Shown here: one piece after another, positions 55,207-64,000 of the stretch
Layout of the letters: the number at the start of each line of letters is the position of its first letter
Numbering within the stretch: position 1 is the first letter of the stretch
Assembly (NCBI RefSeq): GCF_009914755.1
Contig: NC_060942.1
DNA from: the human T2T-CHM13v2.0 reference genome, Homo sapiens
Reading direction: 5' to 3' (one strand)
Length of the DNA: 64,000 nucleotides
The notes under the pieces: generated by a model
The model's input: only the letters and a program-made list of their open reading frames with translations
What the model was told of the DNA's origin: nothing
Databases searched by the model: none
Position numbers and translations under genes: made by a program

Positions 55207-56919
55207 TGACAGTTGTGTTTTTAACTTGAATTTTATACTTAATTTTTGATAAGAATTTTTATTTGGGGTGTATTATGATATTTGAATATATGATATTTTG
55301 TGGGTATGGAGATTGCAGATGATTTACCAGATTTGCAGAGCAAGTAATAGAGGACAGTTTATTCCTTCTTAGTTTTCACTTGCTCTTCTTCCACATGTGT
55401 TAGCCACTGTTAGCTCCACTCCAGATGAGATAGAGCTTCTTTTCTGTCTGAGCATGAATTTGCTGGGAGCCATGAGATAAGTTTTTTCTTAGGTCACATA
55501 GTTATTAAATAAATATTCACTGAGTTTAATTTATGAACAACGAAAGTAAAACCAGACACGATTCCTCCCCAAAAGATGAGCTCATGTGAAACAGTGGGGA
55601 ATGCATCATCTTTCAGGTTACCAGTGTATGGTGGCACTACAGTATCAAGGTTATGTATTATAGACAATAAGTAAGGAAGACATATCTGAGCTGATTCTAA
55701 GATCAGAATCTGGTGATGTGTTAATTGAACACTTGGCAATTGCTTTCTTAGTTTACCCATTCAGATTACTTATCCTATTGAGGAAATGAAGATAGAAAAG
55801 ATTGGTGGCTTTATTATATGTTACACTGATGCTTTCGGTTAGAGAGCATGGGTTGCATAAAATATTTTAAAATGCGGATGGATAATTTTTAGACCAGTTA
55901 GGATGGCTACATTAGAGAATCCAAGACAATGTCTGCCATTATCTTTACAATACACACTGATTTTTGTGTGTACCTTGTCATTATGTAAGCTTCCTACAGG
56001 GCTGTGGTAAGTCATGGACAGGGTTAAGGAGAAGGGTACATGTCGAGAAACTAAATCACATTTGGAGAGGAGATGTAACAAAGGTAGGGTTCAGAGGTTT
56101 ACTGGTAACAATTCCAAATTTGGAATGAAAAAGTTACTCTTTGTTTAGCGTTCGAGTTGGGAGTTTGCCCTGCAAGAGACAGTCAACCACTGACTTCAGT
56201 CGAACGTACTTGGAAAGGGAAGAACTTAAACCAGCCATGAACAGAAGAAAGCCAGGTTTTCTGGAAACATCGCCAAAACCCAGCAATTTCTCAGAATTTT
56301 CAGAGGCGCCAGGGGGGTGTTTGCATTTCAATGGAAAAAGTTCTGAAAGCTCTGGAAACTATTCTCAGTTTTACTTTCTCATTGAAAGGCAAAAACCATG
56401 GCTGTAAGTAAGAGACAGAAGCATTTGCTATGGCTTTGTTAAGAATTAAGAAAAGGGACCTCTGGAAAATTTGAATTGTCCAATCCTTTGCCACAGAGCC
56501 AAGACAAAGTGGTCCAAGTCATAATGGCAAATAGAAAATAAAAGTACTGTTAGCTTTAAGACAAAAGTACTCAATGTCTGGAGCCACTTTCCACCAGCCT
56601 GGGTTTTAAAAGAAAGACAGAACTTTCTAGATTTAAAGAGACATAGTTGCAGCTGTATTGCAATAACATAATGGTAGCTCTCATAAGTACATACTTGTCA
56701 TAAGTATTTAATCTTTTCACACACTACAAATACCTTGTTAGGTTGCTAAGGGGTTACAGTACTTATGAGAAACGATCTTTGAGAAGAAGAAGAATACTAT
56801 TTCCAGTTAAGATTTAGAAGAATTTTAAGTAGATCTATAGTAACAGTCAAAAGTAGAAAATATGCAGTATAGCAAACAAAATTATTTTTGGTCTAATTCT
56901 ACCACATAAAACTTGAAGG

Positions 56920-57405
56920 CAACATTGTCCAACAGAAATACACTGTGAATCACATATGTAATTAAAATTTTCTACTTGCTACATTTAAGAAGTTAAGACA
57001 AACAGGTAAAATTAATTTTAATGCTGTATTTTGTTTAATCAATGTCTCAAATATTATCATTTTAATATATAATCAATATAAAAAATTAGAAGTGAAATAC
57101 TTTACTTTTAATCTTACTGTATGAAATTTATAATTTATGTTTACAACATCTCTCCATTTGGATGCTAAGTTTTCATTGGAAATACTTGATTTGTATTCAG
57201 ATGTCATAAAATTTATGGTTGAAAAAGTAGATATATAAACATACTTAAAAATTTTCTAATAATTGAAATGAGTAGCAATTTTTAGTTTTAAACTCATTAA
57301 AATTAATAAAATTAAACATTCAATTTCTCAGTTGCACTAGCCCCGTTTCAGGTACTCAACTCAGCAGCCACACGTGGCTAAGTGGAACTGTATTAAACAG
57401 TGCAG
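56920..57405 (+). mobile_element. MER33/Charlie5-type hAT derivative
   Basis: ttgtccaacagaaata...ttgcactagcc...agccacacgtggcta...gtattaaacagtgcag. Confidence 0.7.
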
Positions 57406-57954
57406 CTCAAAAAGGTTGCTAAATTCATCTTTTATTATTCTGTAATTTTGCTCTTTCAAATATTAGCTAACCAGATAAGCTTGTGAAAGTGACTAATGCC
57501 CCCTTTATTATGCGAAGATATTTTGGGGGGAATACAAATTGTTCTGTGAGCTTCGACCTACCCTTTGCTATAGAGGTCATTTCTCCATTTACTGTTAAGT
57601 GTGCATATCTTGCTGGAACTCTTCAAAAACCCTGAGCGAGCTTTCCATATGGGAAGCAGTGAGTCACTTGGTGGGGGGATTTCGGGAGAGGAAGATGAGG
57701 AGGTGAAGTAGAGTCAGCAGGAAGAGGAGCATTTTTCAACCAGGGTCAGAAATGTGAACAGTAATTTTCAGGAAATAACCACATATTTTCTTATTATTAA
57801 AATAATTATTACTACAAAAAAATTAATAACATTCAGATAAGCCTGAAAATATAGAAACCATGCATAATTCCATTACCCAGAGATAACCACTGGTAACACT
57901 GAACACATGTCTTTTTAGTCTTATAAATTTATTCACATTAATGACTACTTTCTA

Positions 57955-59760
<1,806 letters not shown>

Positions 59761-59971
59761 CTACAATAGGTCCAATCTTAGGTGCCTACCCCCATCCCCA
59801 ACTCAGGCTAACTACAGACATGACAAATAAACAGAAACGCAAGAATCCTGTGTTTCAAAAACATTCTCTCAGTACATACACATATTTTAAAACGTACTTA
59901 CAACATTTAAAATTGAAATCCTACTGTACATACTCACTTGTAATCTGACTTGTCCCATTCATCATAAACAC

Positions 59972-60610
59972 TTTTTTTTTTCTCAATTTTAAGTTCAGGG
60001 GTACGTGTGCAGGATGTGCAGGTTTGTTACATAGGTAAATGTGTACTATGGTGGTTTGCTGCACAGGCCATCCCATCGCCTGGGTATTAAGCCCAGCATC
60101 CATTAGCTATTCTTCCTGATGCTCGCCCTCTCCCCACCCGAACCCTCTGACAGGCCCCATTGTGTGTTGTTCCCTGCCACGTGTCCATGTGTTCTCATCA
60201 CTCAGCTCCCACTTATAAGTGAGAATGTGTGGTATTTGATTTTCTGTTCCTGCATTCGTTTGCTGAGGATAATGGCTTCCAGCTCCATTCACATCCCTTC
60301 AAAGGACATAATCTCATTCCTTTTTATGGCTATGTAGTTTTTCATGGTGTATATATGCCATATTTTCTTTATCCAGTCTATCATGGGTGGGCATTTAGGT
60401 TGATTCCATGTCTTTGCAATTGTGCTGCAATGAACATACACGTGTATGTATCTTTATAATAGAATGATTTATATTCTTTTGGGTATATGCCCAGTAATGG
60501 GATTGCTGGGTCAAATGGTATTTCTGCCTCTAGGTCTTTGAGGAATTGCCACATTGCATTGTCTTCCATAATGGTTAAACTAATTTACACTCCCACCAGC
60601 AGTGTAAAAG
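59972..60610 (-). mobile_element. 5'-truncated L1PA (older) 3' end
   Basis: L1 3'UTR and ORF2 end ([23 protein letters not shown]); TSD ataaacacttt / atgaacacttt. Confidence 0.9.
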
Positions 60611-62080
60611 AGATGAACACTTTCCAATGTCATGAAATATTCCTCTCAAGTTGGATTTGTGGAGGTTGTATTGTATTCTACTGGTCAGATGCCACTCAGT
60701 TCATTTATTGTGTCTCCTTCCATCAGCAAGGTTTAGGCAGGAAAATGATGTTTATGTTTTAAGAAAGTACTCTAATAACAAAAGAGAGAGAATCAGGGGA
60801 AGCTGTTAGAAATCTCTTGAGGAGGACCAATTAGGTAGACACAGTGATGGCCTGAGAAAAAGCAGTGACCTTGGGATTGTGGGGGTGAGAGTACATTAAG
60901 GTGGGCAAGTGAGTGGGAAGAGAGAGATGTGTGCTCTATTATGCATTTTTCTAGCATAGAGATCAAAGGCCTTTGGTAAATCCAAGTGGCAATGTTCAGT
61001 GCATTTTCCATTCTTTCAAAGCAGTGCATGTTTCACTCTTTTTAATTTTGAAATACTCAGTATTTTAATAACTGTGTACCATATAATGTAGAGTTTACAT
61101 GTAAATGTCTTCATTTGCATTTACACATGGCTTCTTTCCACAAAGTTGTCATTTCTTTAGTTTTCTGCAGCATAATTTAATTGCTTATCTACCAGTCCTG
61201 AGTAAACTCACTCACTTAGGGTTTTCTCAGCATTTCATAGATCATAGATCACCTCTTCCAATTATAGGGGTCATTCTTTCCCACTTTCCTTTCCAAGGTG
61301 ACCTGTAACTTCTGGGCAGCTTACATTGCCTCATGACCTCTGGATGAAAGTGCCTACTTCAGGGTCTTCCTCTGGCTTGTGTTGGCACCTCTGAGCTGTC
61401 TGTAGGTCCACTGTGATTTCTGGTTGCTGATGCCTGTCATTGTTCTGGCATCTTTGCAATGACTGTGAACACATCTTAGTGTCTCTGGTCACTGGTCTAT
61501 ATGTTTCGAGTCATCTTTACCCCTGAGGGCTCCTTAGGTCCATTGTCTGCTCTCTGCAGCTCAGGGGAACAGACAGCACAGAGTCTCTGTGGTGGCTTGT
61601 CTACCATTCCCTGGAGACTGAGAGCTGTCTTGGGCTCTATTTGCCAGGTTTGCATGCCTACCTACCATTGTGGCTCCTTTGTAACTCCCACAAATACTTA
61701 ATAATTGTTCAAGAATGTATATAGATAAAGGGAGGCATTATTGCTATTAAAACTGCTTGATAACATCATGGAGATAGCATGAGACTAAGTCATTTGGACT
61801 ACTTGTTCATAAAAGACTTCCCATGGGATTAGAGAACACCATAAAGGAATGTTTTCTTTTAGTCACATTTTAAATTTCTCTATAGTAAAGCAAACCACAG
61901 ATAGAAGAGTCACCTGTTTTAAGGTTTCATTATTGCAAAATCTCTTGCCATTTGCCTTTCTTTACTTTCTAGAGCTGAAAAGGAATTGAGGCATAACTAA
62001 ATCCTCCTTTGTGATTTTTCATAGAAGAAAACTGAGGTCCAGTGGGGGAAGTGAATTGTACAAAATTACACACAAGTTAG

Positions 62081-62413
<333 letters not shown>

Positions 62414-62929
62414 TTCTGGAGCTCTTTTGAATTCATTCATTTCTTTTCTTTATAAATTACCCAGTCTGTAGTATTATGTTATAGCAATACAAAATGAACT
62501 AAGACAGTGACCATCATACCCAAGATTCAAGGAGCCCTCCCAACCAGCTATTAAGATTTGCTCCAGAAGCTCTTGCCAGAACTTGAGTCTCAAGCATGAT
62601 AAGTATCAACATGTCAATAAATTGTGCCCTATCATACATTAATATTTTGCCTCGTCTCCATTTATACAACACCTTCACATTTTTCTTTCACATGCATTGC
62701 CCTAATTTCTACTGATTTATATTGTTGATGTCCTACAATAGTTTTTAGCAAGCAAACTATTTTATTTCAGCACTCCTCCTCTTGGGCTTATCCTAGTTAT
62801 CAATCTGGAGGTAATGAGGGAAGATATTGAGGAAAGCAAACATTGTTTTATGAAGTGCCTGCCTCAGATATGTTTTTGTGTGATCTTCATGGAAGGTGAA
62901 ATTGCTTTTCTCTGGCAAGGGGAATAGCA

Positions 62930-63400
62930 CTGCTTTCCCCAGGCTGGGTATTCAAAGTTCTCAGACTCTGTTATCTAAAGGACCCCCATCCCAGGTTTCA
63001 GTGTCCCATTTTCTTCTGATCACTGCCTTGACCTTGACACAGAGGATCTATGGAGGCTGTGCACTCAGCTCTGTCATGCTACAATTTGATCCTGGGCCTG
63101 ATTTTCCAGCACAATCCACCCTGCTGCTTCAGGAGTTGAGAGTCTACTTGACAACTGTAAAAAAGGCTCTGGCTTTAACAATGTACCTTGTGTCATCAGT
63201 AGGCCACTCTGAGCCTATCATTTTCTTCCTTCAATGTTTCAAATACAGTTAAAGAAAGCCAACCCACTCCACAATCCTTACAGTTATCAAAGTCCAGATT
63301 CTGCATATTCCAATGACTCACCTTCCACTTGAACCTCATCCTGACTAACCACAGGTAGTAACCACAGCCTTTGTAGCTGGGATGCCATTCCTTGCTAGGG
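62930..63400 (-). mobile_element. MaLR internal-region remnant
   Basis: Degenerate similarity to MaLR-int (DCGVGWLSLTVFETLKEENDRLR). Confidence 0.5.
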
Positions 63401-63484
63401 GTTCCCATAATTTCACTCTTGTCTCCAAATGTTGTAGCCCAGTCTACTGATTTGAAGAGTGTCCTCTTCCCCCTGGCAAATTCA

Positions 63485-63903
63485 TGACTACCTGGAACCT
63501 CAGAAGTCACCCTTATTTGCGAGCAGGGTCTTTGCAGATGTAATTAGTTAAGATTAGGTCATACTAGATGACGATCGGCTCTAAATCCAACAACTGGTGT
63601 CCTTATAAGAAGGCCACATACAGAGGCACAGAGCTAAACAGGGAAGAACACCATGTGATAACAGAGGCAGAGCTTGGAGGGATGCAGCTACAATCCAAGG
63701 AACACCAAGGATTGCCAGCAACTACCATAAACTAGAAAATAAGCATGAAACAGACTCTTCCTCAGAGCTCCTGGAAAGAATCAACCTGAAGACAGCTTTG
63801 TTTCAGATTCCTGGCCTCCTGAATTGTGAGAGAATAAATTTCTATTGTTTTAAGCCACTTAGTTTGTGGTACTTTGTTACGCCAGCCCTAGGAAACAAAC
63901 ACA
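63485..63903 (+). mobile_element. MLT1C/D LTR
   Basis: gggtctttgcagatgtaattagttaag...tgtgagagaataaatttctattgttttaagccac. Confidence 0.8.
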
Positions 63904-64000
63904 CCCAGGTTCCCAAGAAAGCAGCATTTGAGGCAGAGATCTTATATGTGGTTACTCCTATGTGCTATTACACCTTACATGCTAATACTTCTGTATTAGG

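Overview
Primate (human-like) genomic DNA, not prokaryotic. It contains the complete aquaporin-4 gene AQP4 on the minus strand: 5 coding exons at 27742..18264 giving the 323-aa M1 isoform, an internal M23 start at 24615, a uORF whose stop overlaps the M1 AUG, a UGA-CUAG readthrough extension (AQP4ex) and a ~4.1 kb 3'UTR ending near 14100. There is a CpG island in intron 1 and a probable antisense lncRNA (AQP4-AS1) on the plus strand. The rest is intergenic or intronic, with Alu, L1, MaLR LTR, hAT/Charlie and MIR relics. Nearly all non-AQP4 ORFs in the track are spurious or repeat-derived. The most unusual object is a ~6.05 kb insertion (45975-52027) that cleanly splits an old L1. It is a SATR1/SATR2-type satellite of ~75-bp palindrome-rich units with two orientation switches (one at a palindrome axis, one across an AT-rich spacer). 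Its ends look circularly permuted at CCCATAT, and it carries ~60-bp non-L1 flanks on both sides. This suggests a mobile or transposed satellite cassette, but the mechanism is inference only.
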